In this document: positions 13,802 to 25,809 of the stretch, piece after piece
Layout of the letters: every line of letters begins with the position of its first letter
How positions within the stretch are numbered: position 1 is the stretch's first letter
Assembly: GCA_951406725.2 (NCBI GenBank)
Contig: OX597823.1
Span: forward strand, 59,024,001 to 59,088,000
DNA length: 64,000 bases
Reading direction: 5' to 3'
Source of the DNA: Octopus vulgaris
Lineage: Eukaryota
The notes under the pieces: generated by a model
Database searches by the model: none
The model's input: only the letters and a program-made list of their open reading frames with translations
What the model was told of the DNA's origin: nothing
Translations under genes and position numbers: made by a program

Positions 13802-14344
13802 ACCGAAAATATACCTGGAAAAATGTTGATTGCTTTCGATTGCTTTGTATCTCAACTTAATATATCTCATAAATTGTTACTGTTTTATCTTGACACCGGT
13901 CCATTTTTATCACATGACACCAAACCACATGATTGCGATTGTTTTCCATTGTAAGGATTTTAAAAGATTTTTGTTAGTCTTTTATTTTGCTTAAATTTTA
14001 ATTCCTTTTTTCAGTTTTGCTCTGTGGTCCATTATATATTATGCTTCTAAAAATACTGCAAATCATTTAGAAGAATTAATTTCTCAGGAATTTCAATTCA
14101 ATATCAATAAATTCATTGCAATCTACACGCGATTGTCGAATAAATGGTTTTCTTCATTCAGTTTTGTCTCTTACGATGGCTCCACAGCTAGAAAATCTCT
14201 ATAGAATTTGTGTAAATAAAATGTTCCTTACGCACTTAGTTATATATAATGATGGGAATCCTTAAACTTTGTGATCAATATAATGTAACTCACATACAGG
14301 TACATACATACATACACACATACATACATACATACATACATACA

Positions 14345-14375
<31 letters not shown>

Positions 14376-14383
14376 CTTGATTA

Positions 14384-15089
14384 TGAGTTCCATTTGACTC
14401 GCTAAAAGATGATCAGGAACCAATTGGTCCAGGGTACTAGATGGTAAATGTTTTTCATTTCCAAATTTATTCCTGTCGAATTTTATCTGTTATTTTTGTG
14501 GTTTACAGAACCTAGCTGTTCTTTCTAATGTATTGAATTTCCTACAAGTGGATTCCTTATGTGTATAAATATACACTATATCGTATAACTAATGTATAGT
14601 CTTCTTGACTAATTTTTTTTTGCACGTTAGACCACTGGAAATGTAAACTTTTATTGGATGTTTTAATTTTAATTAAATTCCATTTCCCTTTGACATGATT
14701 AAATACTGTAAGGTTTTGGATAATTTTCAGTTAAAAGTTGGCGGATTTTCATTGTAGCCAGCGAAGGACTGCGTCTGCGCAGTAAAATTTGAAAAGTTAG
14801 TTCGTATTAACACAAGACAAGTAGCCTTGTTTGTCTCGTGTTGGATATGTTTAACCCTAGGTTGGATCTTGCTGAAGAAAATCAGACCTTGTGAGTTCCC
14901 CTTGACTCGCTTAAAGATGATCAGAAACTAATTGGTCCAGGGTACTAGATGGTAAATGTTTTTAATTTCCAAATTTATTCCTGTCGAATTTTATCCGTTA
15001 TTTTTGCGGTTTACAGAACCTAGCTGTTCTTTCTAATGTGTTGAATTCCCTACAAGTGGATTCCTTATGTGTATAAATATACACTATAT

Positions 15090-15091
<2 letters not shown>
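14384..15091 (+). mobile_element. Retrozyme-like element: 508-bp unit with 200-bp direct terminal repeat
   Basis: 14384-14583 and 14892-15091 differ at 10 of 200 positions by my count; flanked by (TACA)n and (TA)n; contains a hammerhead motif; no ORF. Confidence 0.75.
14866..14943 (+). ncRNA. Type I hammerhead ribozyme motif with long stem II
   Basis: AUCUUG CUGAAGA [AAAUCA..GUGAGU..ACUCGC..UGAUCA] GAAA CUAAUUGG UC CAGGGU; the upstream repeat copy has the perfect palindrome ACCAAUUGGU; GUC triplet. Confidence 0.65.
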
Positions 15092-15139
<48 letters not shown>

Positions 15140-15143
<4 letters not shown>

Positions 15144-15390
15144 TATGGATTTGGTTTGCAAGATTCTTTATATGAGTTCGTGTGTTGAAGCATATTCTGT
15201 GGTATCTGGGGAGAGTAATTTTCTTTTGGTGCCTTATAATGTAACACTCTCACCGGTAAAATTTCCACTTATTTCTTATTTTTTTATTTTCCTAAAATTT
15301 TCGTTACGTCTTGCAACCTTTTCAATAGTTTTGAGTGTGTTACATTATAAGGCACAAAAAGAAAATGACTCTCCCCAGACACAACAATAC
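15140..15390 (-). mobile_element. Short Penelope-like non-autonomous element with 5' inversion and U3-A8 hammerhead
   Basis: Arm 15332-15387 is the inverted copy of about 15198-15250; family tail at 15140-15190; abuts (TA)n. Confidence 0.7.
15292..15328 (-). ncRNA. Minimal hammerhead motif, U3-A8 core variant
   Basis: Minus strand: CUA UUGAAAA G GUUGC-AAGAC-GUAAC GAAA AUUU UAG; palindromic AAUU stem III; stem I is only 3 bp. Confidence 0.5.
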
Positions 15391-15419
15391 ATATATATTG
15401 ATACACTAAAGAAATAAGG

Positions 15420-16100
15420 AGGCATCACACATACTTCATTGCGGACATGACGGTTGCAGGAAATTATGTATGCATAACTCTTGGAACTTCAGAAGGGTCT
15501 GCACAGAACGATCTGTCATCTCTTCTGTTAACTTTTTGATCTTGGTCGAAGTTTGTGTCGTTTGAGAAAAACCAAATAAAATCTTCTGCTGGATTTTTTT
15601 AGTTTGTTTAAGAACCTTTTATATCTGATGTTCTTTTGCTTTTTCTGACAAATTGACTTTTCCCCATCATATAAGACTTATATCTGATGTCTTCGTGGAC
15701 AAAATTTCGGACTGTTCCTTCAGACACATGGAGATTGCAATTGACCTCATGGACTTTCTGGAATTGTAATCAATGATCTGTTGAACTTGCTGGATAAATT
15801 CAGGTGTTCTGACGATTTTAGAGCGTTTAGACTGCTTTAATACTGGTGATGCGTTTTTCATCTTCAGTCTCTAGCTCCTTAAAAACTTTGTAGACGAAAG
15901 AACTGGAAACATTTAAAAATCAAAATATTTCTAAATCGCTATGCTCAGCCGTTATAACCACAATAACAGCATGCCTCTTCATTTCTTGAGTAAGCGTAAG
16001 GTCTGCCGTTAATATTTTTTGAAACAAAGATTAATCAGAGTTATCAAAAAATGCTGCAATGACCCCCAAAATGTATGTCCTCAAATACCTTACGCACCAT
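15420..16100 (-). mobile_element. Truncated Tc1/mariner element, maT/DD37D-like
   Basis: Peptides MKRHAVIV, VRTPEFIQQVQQII..SRKSMRSIA, VHEDIRYKSY and WFFSNDTNFDQDQKVNRRDDR; terminus TA-CATGGTGCG near 16100. Confidence 0.75.
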
Positions 16101-16368
16101 GTATATATGTATATATGCAAACAGAAAAAAGCAAAGACTGAAGATTTTCAGGCAATAAATATTTAATGTATAAACATAGAGATATTCAGATATTAATAGT
16201 TCAAAACTACGGTGAGTACAAACGGGGCTCGGAGATCCATTACAATGTTGGTAGATGTAGTTCCTCACAATATACACATAAACATTGGCTAAATCATGCC
16301 TCCATCATCAGTGTAGAAACAATCTTGTATTTCAGATCAGGATGCAGAGAAGTTTGAAGTTGGAACAG

Positions 16369-16435
<67 letters not shown>

Positions 16436-16437
<2 letters not shown>

Positions 16438-17320
16438 AGGGGATACCCCAAAGAAACCAGAATTTTACAATTTTATGTTATTCACTTAGCTTTGTATGTT
16501 TACATTTTTATCGCCTTGAAAGAATTCTCCATTTGAAGCATGGCATGGGTCCAGGCGCGTTTTCCACTATTCGAAGCAGTGCTGGAGCTCTTGCGAAGTG
16601 ATGCTATTTAATGCCTCTGTCGTATTTTTCTTCACCTCTTCCACATCTGCGAAATCTGTAAGCATCAGCATTCGTCAACAGTTATGACCTTCGAAAAAAA
16701 TGTTCCGGATCAAAGTCCATCTGTTCTTTCAGTTCACTACACGCATTCAGACGTAACTGTCTTTGATCTTCCGTTAGGAAGTGACGCACAAATTTTACTG
16801 CAAATATTTTGATTTGCAATACCTCGCAGAAAATCCATTAGCAAGAACTTCAAGATACACCAGTCATATCATCAAGTTTGTCAATTTTTCTGCGATAGTC
16901 CTCCAAGATCATGTCATGAATTGTCATGATGTTTTCATTTGTTCAGGAGGTCGTCGCTCGTCCTGAACGAAATTGGTCTCGAAGTGATAAGTGATTATTC
17001 CTAAGGCGTGGAAACCAGTCGTAAACTTGTGTTTTGCACATGACATCGTTCTTGTAAGCTGTTTGAAGTATGACAACTGTTTCGTCTGTAGTTTTCTATA
17101 GCAGAAAGCAGAATATCCATTGTTTCGACCATCGCAAAAATCTCCGAACAGAGGAGAAACACTGCAAAACAAAGACGCACAACGTGGCACTTCGGGTCCA
17201 CCCTACGACTCCGGTCAGTAAATTGATGCCTGAGGGTTGCATCAAGTGGCTTCCAGTGGCGAAAGCCTGAACTACATCAAATTTGACACAAAAAGTAAGT
17301 TTCCGGTTACTTTTAGGTAT
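16436..17320 (-). mobile_element. Internally deleted mariner element
   Basis: Peptides KTQVYDWF, AVKFVRHFLTEDQ and RFADVEEVKKNTTEAL..CFE*WKTRL..SNGEFFQGD; partial TIRs at both ends, in TA context. Confidence 0.85.
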
Positions 17321-17332
17321 ATATATATATAC

Positions 17333-17373
<41 letters not shown>

Positions 17374-17767
17374 GCTTATGTCAAAAGAATTTAGAAACTT
17401 CTAGATAAATGAGATAAATCTCGAAGTAGAACTAATGTAACCCAATATTTATATGCAATTGTACATACGCACACACGTCTATATATATATATATATATCA
17501 AATGTGTGCGTTATATATATATATATATCAAATGTGTGCGTTAATGTTCATTTGTAACGCGCATATGTCTTAAGCCATATGTGTGTATATATATAGAGAG
17601 GCATATTAATATCTACCTATACATATATATAAATAAGTAGGTACTGTAAATTTAGAATGAATACTTGATAAGTGTAAGCACCTGTATATGCCAGATAGTG
17701 GCAGAGATGAGAGAATATATCAAACATAAATTAAAAACAGGACACAAAGGATATCGCGGTAATATAC

Positions 17768-17800
<33 letters not shown>

Positions 17801-17886
17801 TGTATGTATGTATGTATGTATGTATGTATGTATGTATGTATATATACGCATGTATATATATGTATGTATGTATGAATATATATATG

Positions 17887-17944
<58 letters not shown>

Positions 17945-19261
17945 TGCACATATCCATGTATGTATATTCATAAAAACACGCACTCGTACATTCTATAGAG
18001 AAATTTGACAGCTGCATATAATCATTGCATGTACATACATACACACAATACTTGTATGTGTATGCGTGTGCGCGGATTTGTGTGTGTCTAGGGATGTATA
18101 TATGCGCATATATTCATCTGTGTGTATATATATACATATCAATCTATCTTCTATCAATCTATCTATCTATATGTCTGTGCATGTGCATGTATATGTATGT
18201 AGATAGATAGATAGGCAAACAACTATGTGTACATATTTATATATCTTTTATATATACTTATTATATATATATATATATATATATATGAATATATACATCA
18301 TATATACATATACACATATACACATGCTTTCATGCCACCCAAACACTCATATATACATGCATACATACATGCATACATATACATACATACATACATACAT
18401 ACATACATAACTGTCCATATAAATGTATGATATACCGATTGACCAGTTTGCTAAACGCTAGGGTTGAATAGTTTGAACAGACATTTGAGCATTGTGCATC
18501 GTATACACCATGTGTGCATTTCTCCGTGTACGTTCATGTGAGTGCACGTCTCATAGATTGTTGAAATCTTATATCTTGCACTGTCCACTTTTATGTTAGC
18601 AATTCCAGACATAGTACCAATTGATCAGGGAAGAATTGAGGTGAGAGCGGGGAAAGGCAGGAGACTGGCTAAAGAGTACTTAAATCCAATGCTGACGATA
18701 TTTTTAAATAGTGACCATTACTTATGGATCAGTAGTTACAGAGATCAAAGCTTCAATTTGTTTCGCTTCGCTGCATGTTTGCCCAATTACATGCTTTCCT
18801 ACTTTATACGATCACAAATTGCAACACAAGAATTTGATAGTGCCAGTTTCGTTGCGTTTTCATTCAGTTATATGTTTGAATCCCAAGGCTTCTTTTCATA
18901 TATACCCGCCCACCTGCTGCCTCTACAATTCTAGTAAATATTCCTTCAAATACACATGCGTATATAAACACGGATGCCTATATAAAACACATACGCGTAT
19001 ACATTATAGTTGCTTGTACAATGACATGCATAAATAGATACATATATGTTTGCAACTGCATGTGTGTCTTCATGTATAAGTAACTATATAGATGCATAAG
19101 CTTGCACATACGTACATCTGTGCGCGTACGTGTATGTGCGGACATGTGTGTGACTTCATGTTTCTCTCTCTCCCTCTCTCTCTTTCTCTTTCTCTTTCTC
19201 TCTGCTTATCTATCTATCCATGTACCTAACTATCTATCTGTCTATCTCTCTCTCTGTCTAC

Positions 19262-19262
<1 letters not shown>

Positions 19263-19337
<75 letters not shown>

Positions 19338-19359
19338 GTATCTATGTATATATCTCTAT

Positions 19360-19396
<37 letters not shown>

Positions 19397-19399
19397 AAT

Positions 19400-19452
<53 letters not shown>
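19263..19452. repeat. (TCTA)n microsatellite
   Basis: Directly visible. Confidence 0.97.
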
Positions 19453-19457
<5 letters not shown>

Positions 19458-19887
19458 ACGTATCTATTTATGCATCACTCTTTCTCTCCCTCTCTGTATA
19501 TATACATATATATATATATTGTTAGATTTGTTTTTGAATGTATGGTTACATGTGAAAAATAATCAATATTAATCGAATATCCACTCAATATAATTTAGTA
19601 AATATATTCTATTTTTACACGGAAAACTTTGAACTTTTAACTTTTACTGTGTTAAAAATAACACGCACGCGTGCGCGCGCACACACACACATGCACACAT
19701 GACTACATTGGATCTTGAAGCAATTAAAGCTATAAATGAGAGCATATAAATATTGGGTTGTAAAACAATTTTAACATAGATAAAATCGAAAGGTCCGACC
19801 TCTCTCCGAAAGGATTTTGTAACCTAATATAAGAACATATTATTGTTTCATGTTCTCTCAAGAACTGATGAATTCTGATGTTGACGT

Positions 19888-20013
<126 letters not shown>

Positions 20014-20032
20014 CACGTGGAGGCGCAATGTC

Positions 20033-20074
<42 letters not shown>

Positions 20075-20075
<1 letters not shown>

Positions 20076-20425
20076 TATTGTTTCCTGAGAGAGTCATTCC
20101 CTTTTAGTGCCTTATTATTTAACACACTCACCGGTTCGATTTCCACTTAGTTAGTTATTTGTTCTTCTAAAATTTTCGTGGCATCTTGCAATATTTTCAA
20201 TAGTCTTGCAACCTTTTCAACTGTCAAAAGTCAACGACTATTGAAAAGGTTGCAAAACGCAACAAAAATTTTAGAAAAAGTAAATAACTAATGAATGGAT
20301 TTCGAACCGGTATGTGTGCTAAATAATAAGGCACTAAAATGGAATAACTCTCCCCAGACACAATAAAAAATGTGTCAACACACTAATTCACATAAAGAAT
20401 CTTGCAAACCAAATACAAAAAACTA
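20075..20425 (+). mobile_element. Large palindromic copy of the U3-A8 hammerhead family with two opposed ribozyme motifs
   Basis: Inverted arms around about 20220-20235. Plus motif 20238-20274: CUA UUGAAAA G GUUGC-AAAAC-GCAAC AAAA AUUU UAG (G12 lost). Decayed minus motif at 20167-20203. Family tail at 20375-20425. Confidence 0.75.
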
Positions 20426-20481
20426 AATATATGTATGTTTATGTTTATATGTGTGTGTGTATGTATATGTGTGTGTGAATG

Positions 20482-20517
<36 letters not shown>

Positions 20518-20518
<1 letters not shown>

Positions 20519-21171
20519 GAGGGAGAGTCAGAAATTATACGCACTTTTGTTTTTTCAATACATTTATACAGAAACAGGGGATAAACAAGTACGTTATTTT
20601 TCTATATAGTCTCTTTCCTTTACGATGCACTTTGTCCAGCAGTCCATAAGCTTGCGTATTCCCTCCAAAAAGTTTTATGGTTGGTTGTGCAACCATTTAT
20701 GCACCGTTTCCTTCACATCCTTCATCCATAGTAAATCGACGATCTCGTAAACCATCTTTAAGCGAGTATTCCAGCATCTCAAGCCCCAACTGGTTAATGG
20801 TTTCAACGGTCTGGGCGGGCGTGTGTCGGCGTGCATTGCCATGCAACAACAAAACCTTCTTCGACAATAGGTTTCGGCGTTTGGTGCGAATTGCTGGCTC
20901 CAGTTTGTTAACCAGCAAATCACTGTGTCTTGCATTGTTGATCGTACACCTCTTTTCCAGAGAAATCGGGTCACTGATCTTTGTTCTTCTTTGATGCACA
21001 TTGCTAGTAGAGTGGTCATGCTTACACTGTCAAGCCAGAAACAAAAATGGCGCGATGAGTCTCAAATTTCAGTCACGTGACTACAATAGTACCAACTAGT
21101 ATGCATGCATAGAAGGTAGTGTGACAATAATAAAGATGTTATGGCGAAAGAGCGGATAATTTTTGGCTTCC

Positions 21172-21175
<4 letters not shown>
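20518..21175 (-). mobile_element. Internally deleted mariner element with both TIRs
   Basis: TIRs cgagggagagtcagaaattatacgcact / agagcggataatttttggcttccctca in TA arrays; peptides EEQRSVTRFLW, LEPAIRTKRRNLLSKKVLLLHGNARRH and VKETVHKWL. Confidence 0.9.
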
Positions 21176-21209
<34 letters not shown>

Positions 21210-21223
<14 letters not shown>

Positions 21224-21911
21224 TGAGAATGTGTGTCTGTCTGTCTGTGTGTTTCCCTAAAACTTGAGAACTACACAACCAATTTCATTCAAATTTTACA
21301 TATGCCTTACTTAGGGTCCGGGGAGTGTCATCGGCAAAAAAATGTTCAACTTCTTGCCTAGAACGAGCCCATAGCAATATCATATCTTCTCCACTATTTC
21401 AGTATTACGTGTTAAAAGTGAAACAAAAATATTTCTCTATTTTATGTCAGATGCTTTCACTTTAACAAAAAAAATAATAATAACAATTGAATTATATGTA
21501 GTAAGTAATAATTAAAATCAAACTAAAGTATAATATAAGTAAAAATAGCAATTGATATAAAATTGCATCAATGATTTGAACTTGAATAAGTGATTTCACA
21601 TGAATGAGAATTAAATTAAAAATAAAATTAGCGTGCAGAAATGGAATAGTCCAGATGGATAATAAAAAATTAAATTAAAGAAAAGACTATTGTCTATGAA
21701 GTATACAATGTAGAGAAAAAAGAAGAGCAAACAATTCCAGTCTGTTATATATTTTGAGTATTTTTATCACTAGCGATATCAAGATATAACTTTGTATTTT
21801 GCATTTTATGTGTAGATGTATATATATAGATGTACATGTAATATGTACACATATATATACACATATATACATGCACTAGCACTATGACCCGGCAACGACG
21901 GGTCTTTAATG

Positions 21912-21914
<3 letters not shown>
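21210..21914 (+). mobile_element. Non-autonomous Helitron-like element
   Basis: 5' tatataaaa...tgtctgtctgtctgt motif; 3' GC hairpin gacccg-gcaacga-cgggtc followed by gcta, a degenerate CTAG end merging into (TA)n. Confidence 0.6.
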
Positions 21915-21957
<43 letters not shown>

Positions 21958-22717
21958 GCATGTATGTATATACAGAGAGAGAGAGAGAGAAGGAGAGAGA
22001 CAAAGGGAGTAGGCGAGAGTGATAAATGAACACACTGCACTCAATCATGATATCCTCGGTTTCATTTTAATCCCAGAAATCTTGGACTATTTTTACTATA
22101 GTTTTAAGCCGACGCAAGTTTTAAGAGTGAAATTCAGAATACACCATCGGACAGAGTGTAAATGCCGGAAGCAACGGCTTTTGAAAATGCTCTCAAATAT
22201 TCCTATGCACTAAATCATGTTAGAAAGTTCGGCAAGATATGTGGGAACTGCAATCTAGAGGGATTTCAACATTTGATTAGACCATTTTTATTAATACTCT
22301 TATTTTTTATATTTTATCTATTTTTTCTCGCAAAACATGTGAAGTGGTTGTTTGCATAACGCTCTTTGATGAAATGGGTCAATGAGCTACAAAAGGTTCA
22401 ACAGCAGTGATTTATAGTACTAAGCTTAACTTAATTATAGTAAAATGTTGATGTATATGTATATCTTGCATTAGTAATGATGAAACGGGTGTTATACCCA
22501 ACACGGTTCATTTCAGCTTCGTACCTAAAGTAAACGTTATTAAAATCGGTAAAATAAATAAAGAAAAACAGTTAAATGTTTTCGGAGGTGGTTGGGAACA
22601 GCAGATCTCGATTCACAAGGAAGATATAGGTAATAGTATTTAAATACTGGGTCGAGTAAGCCATTGGATAGAAAAAATATCGAATGTTACCCGTGGGACA
22701 CGAACCAATATCTCCTG

Positions 22718-22804
<87 letters not shown>

Positions 22805-23284
22805 GATGCATACGCATACAGCAGGTAAAGAAATATACAGATACAAAAAGAATAAGTGAGAGTAAAAGAGAACGAGAGCGAGGCAGAGAGAGAGAGAGAG
22901 AGAGTGAGACAGACAGACAGATAGATAGAGATTATAATTTATTATTTGAACAGGATTGACATTCATTTCCCTCTATTCATACATAAAGCGAAATATTCTT
23001 GCACACATAAATATAGGTGTGGAGAGAACCAGAGACAATACAACGGGTGAAACAGAAATATATGATGTCAAATAAGTCAGCATCGAATCAACGACGGCAA
23101 AATGTGACGGAAAAACGTGTCAAGTTCCAGCTCCCTATATCTAGTTTAACTTTTGGTTAGATGAGACTAGTGTTACTTTAATACTGAAGGCAGTGGAATG
23201 TCTTTTAATAGATCCCAATAGAACATGGATGCTCAAAGTTGACAAAGAAACATAGGAGGCCAATTCATTCACTCTCATGTTGCG

Positions 23285-23302
23285 GGGACAAACACACACA
23301 TA

Positions 23303-23398
<96 letters not shown>

Positions 23399-23575
23399 CA
23401 TATACATATGTACGACGGGCTTCTTTCAGTTTCCGTCTACCAAATCCACTCAAAAGGCTTTTGTTGGCCCGAGGCTATAGTAGAATTCACTTGCCCAAGG
23501 TGCCACGCAGTGGGACTGAACCCGGAACCATGTGGTTGGTAAGCAAGGTACTTACCACACAACCACTCCTACGCT
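23285..23575 (-). mobile_element. SINE family A, 5' part
   Basis: acgacgggcttctttcagtttccgtctacc...gggactgaacccggaaccatgtggttggtaagc...ccacacaaccactcct. Confidence 0.9.
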
Positions 23576-24218
23576 TATATACACATACATACATACATAC
23601 ACATACATACACACACATACATACACACAAAAATAGTTATAAATACAAACGCACATAAATGGACATCATCTCTCACTCGTAAGCATCCTAAGTAGTAACT
23701 AAATGAAATATCAGGTGCGCAAAATAAATTTTTCTGCAATATGTATTGTTTGTAGTTGTTGTTTTTTTTTTTGTTTCTGTTTTCATGTTTATAAACCAAA
23801 ACAAGACAAGAAATCATGCGTGCCCGTATGTGTATGTGTGTGTGTGTATGCGCGTGTATATGTGCGTACTGTTGCCTGTTTAACTATTTGCATGTTTGTA
23901 GTGCAACTGTTGGCTGATGGATTTAATATTCAAGCAATCTCTCTGCTCCCCAGTGCTCTGTCTTTCATGCAACTGAACATGTCATATCAAAACACATCGT
24001 ACTTCATTCATTATTCTGCCACCTCTCTACATATCTTTCGAGCACAGATGACTGAGTCCACAAGGTAATAAGACAGGTTGCCAGTTCACATTCTGAAATG
24101 AGCTTCGATAAGGCTTTGTATCAATGGTTTAAACACCTTAATCTCCAAATGACCGTGTCAATCTAGCTCAAAGTAGGTACAGCAAAAGGCCTAATCCACC
24201 GTTTTAGTCATCTATTGA

Positions 24219-24273
<55 letters not shown>

Positions 24274-24689
24274 CCAGTAGCAGCGACAGCAGTAAACCAT
24301 GATATTGATGACTCATATATTATCTTGTAGTGCTGATTTCAATTCATCATGTTAGAAATTCTTCTAGTGATAAAACACATTCCACAGACAATCAAAGAAA
24401 CTATATTCTTGAGAAGGTTATAATGCTTCCCAAAGTGACTTCCAGGAGCTATAATGTTAGAATGGTTAAGTACTAGTATGTTTTCGTGCTATTTGTTTAG
24501 GTTTGTTTTCTAGAGAATTGATATGAATATTAAACATCTTTATATGTGTGCATGTGTGTGTATATGCTCGCGAATGTAAATATGCATTACTATATGGATC
24601 TGTAATGTAGGTATGTATGTATGTATGTATGTATGTATGCATGTACGTACGTATGTGTGTATGTGCATACACATGTATATATATGTATA

Positions 24690-24744
<55 letters not shown>

Positions 24745-24748
<4 letters not shown>

Positions 24749-25480
24749 CAACAATTGAGGGTAAAATTAATTAATTATTAATCAATTTCACCAAGTGTTC
24801 AGTATGCAAAGGGACCATTTAAGGCGAATTCAAATTATTACATTATATAAAAGGGCTTAGTAAAATAAATTACTTTGCCGCATACTGAACTCATTAGAAA
24901 TAGCAGCTAAAAAACTTTTTTAAAGCTATTTCTAATACTTAAAGAAAATCTCTCTCATATATAGTGTTTGCTTAATTCAACTCACAAAAGTTTGGGGGTA
25001 AGGACATCAAAAAATCAAATGCTAAGGTTATTTGAGAACGTACGTTTCAAGATTAGTCAAAACAACACTTCTATCATCAGCTCAGAAACTCCTTGGTTTG
25101 GATTTGGAAACACTGAAAGTAAGAACATACCCTTTCGAAGATCCGCTCGTAACTAACAGTGCCAACAAACCCAAATAAGCAAGCGAAGAATTTCTGTTCT
25201 CCCCTTTCCACCAGCGTGGGTTAAAATCATCAAACACTATGCTTATTTCGGTAAAATCCGAAGCATTAATTAGAGGGAGATTAATTATAATTTCAACAAT
25301 TGAGGGTAAAATTAATTAATTATTAATCAATTTCACCAAGTGTTCAGTATGCAAAGGGACCATTTAAGGCGAATTCAAATTATTACATTATATAAAAGGG
25401 CTTAGTAAAATAAATTACTTTGCCGCATACTGAACTCATTAGAAATAGCAGCTAAAAAACTTTTTTAAAGCTATTTCTAA

Positions 25481-25484
<4 letters not shown>
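24745..25484 (-). mobile_element. Young retrozyme-like element: 545-bp unit with identical 195-bp direct terminal repeats, inside (TA)n
   Basis: 24745-24939 equals 25290-25484 with no differences found by eye; TA arrays on both sides; central hammerhead; extensive nested inverted repeats; no meaningful ORF. Confidence 0.85.
25033..25084 (-). ncRNA. Type I hammerhead ribozyme motif with canonical core
   Basis: Minus strand: UGAG CUGAUGA U-AGA-AGU..ACU-AA-UCU-U GAAA CGUACG UU CUCA; stem III palindrome ACGUACGU; GUU triplet. Confidence 0.75.
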
Positions 25485-25518
<34 letters not shown>

Positions 25519-25520
<2 letters not shown>

Positions 25521-25798
25521 TCTTTTATTTGTTTCAGTCATTTGAATGCGGCCATGCTGGAGAATCGCATTTAGTCGAACAAATCGACCTCAGAGGTTAT
25601 TTTTTGTGAGCCTAGTACTTATTCTAACAATCCTTTTGCTGAACTGCTAAAATACGTGGGCGTAAACACACCAGCATATTGGTCGTCAAGCGACGGGGAG
25701 GGGGTTAACACAGAGGCGCAAACACACACGCACACATATATATATTCACAACGGGCTTCTTTCAGTTTCCGTCAACTAAATCCACTCACAACGCTTTG
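25519..25798 (-). mobile_element. SINE family A, head missing
   Basis: Tail tgtttcagtcatttgaatgcggccatgctgg through aaatccactcacaacgcttt. Confidence 0.85.
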
Positions 25799-25809
25799 AA
25801 CTATGAGAA

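Noticed and set aside
13589-13954. PolyP/polyQ and polyD ORFs
   Set aside because: Compound triplet microsatellite with no flanking domain or convincing splice context.
18610-18641. Possible 32-nt exon (ttccag|...gag|gtgaga) within ORF 18593-18934
   Set aside because: Only splice-like dinucleotides; no recognisable protein, and such matches are expected by chance.
24217-24293. (GCA)n as a polyQ/polyA exon
   Set aside because: No sustained ORF or convincing splice sites around it.
24745-25484. Interpretation as an LTR retrotransposon or TRIM
   Set aside because: The repeats lack TG..CA ends, and no PBS, PPT or short TSD is evident; the hammerhead and microsatellite context fit a retrozyme/PLE-type element better.
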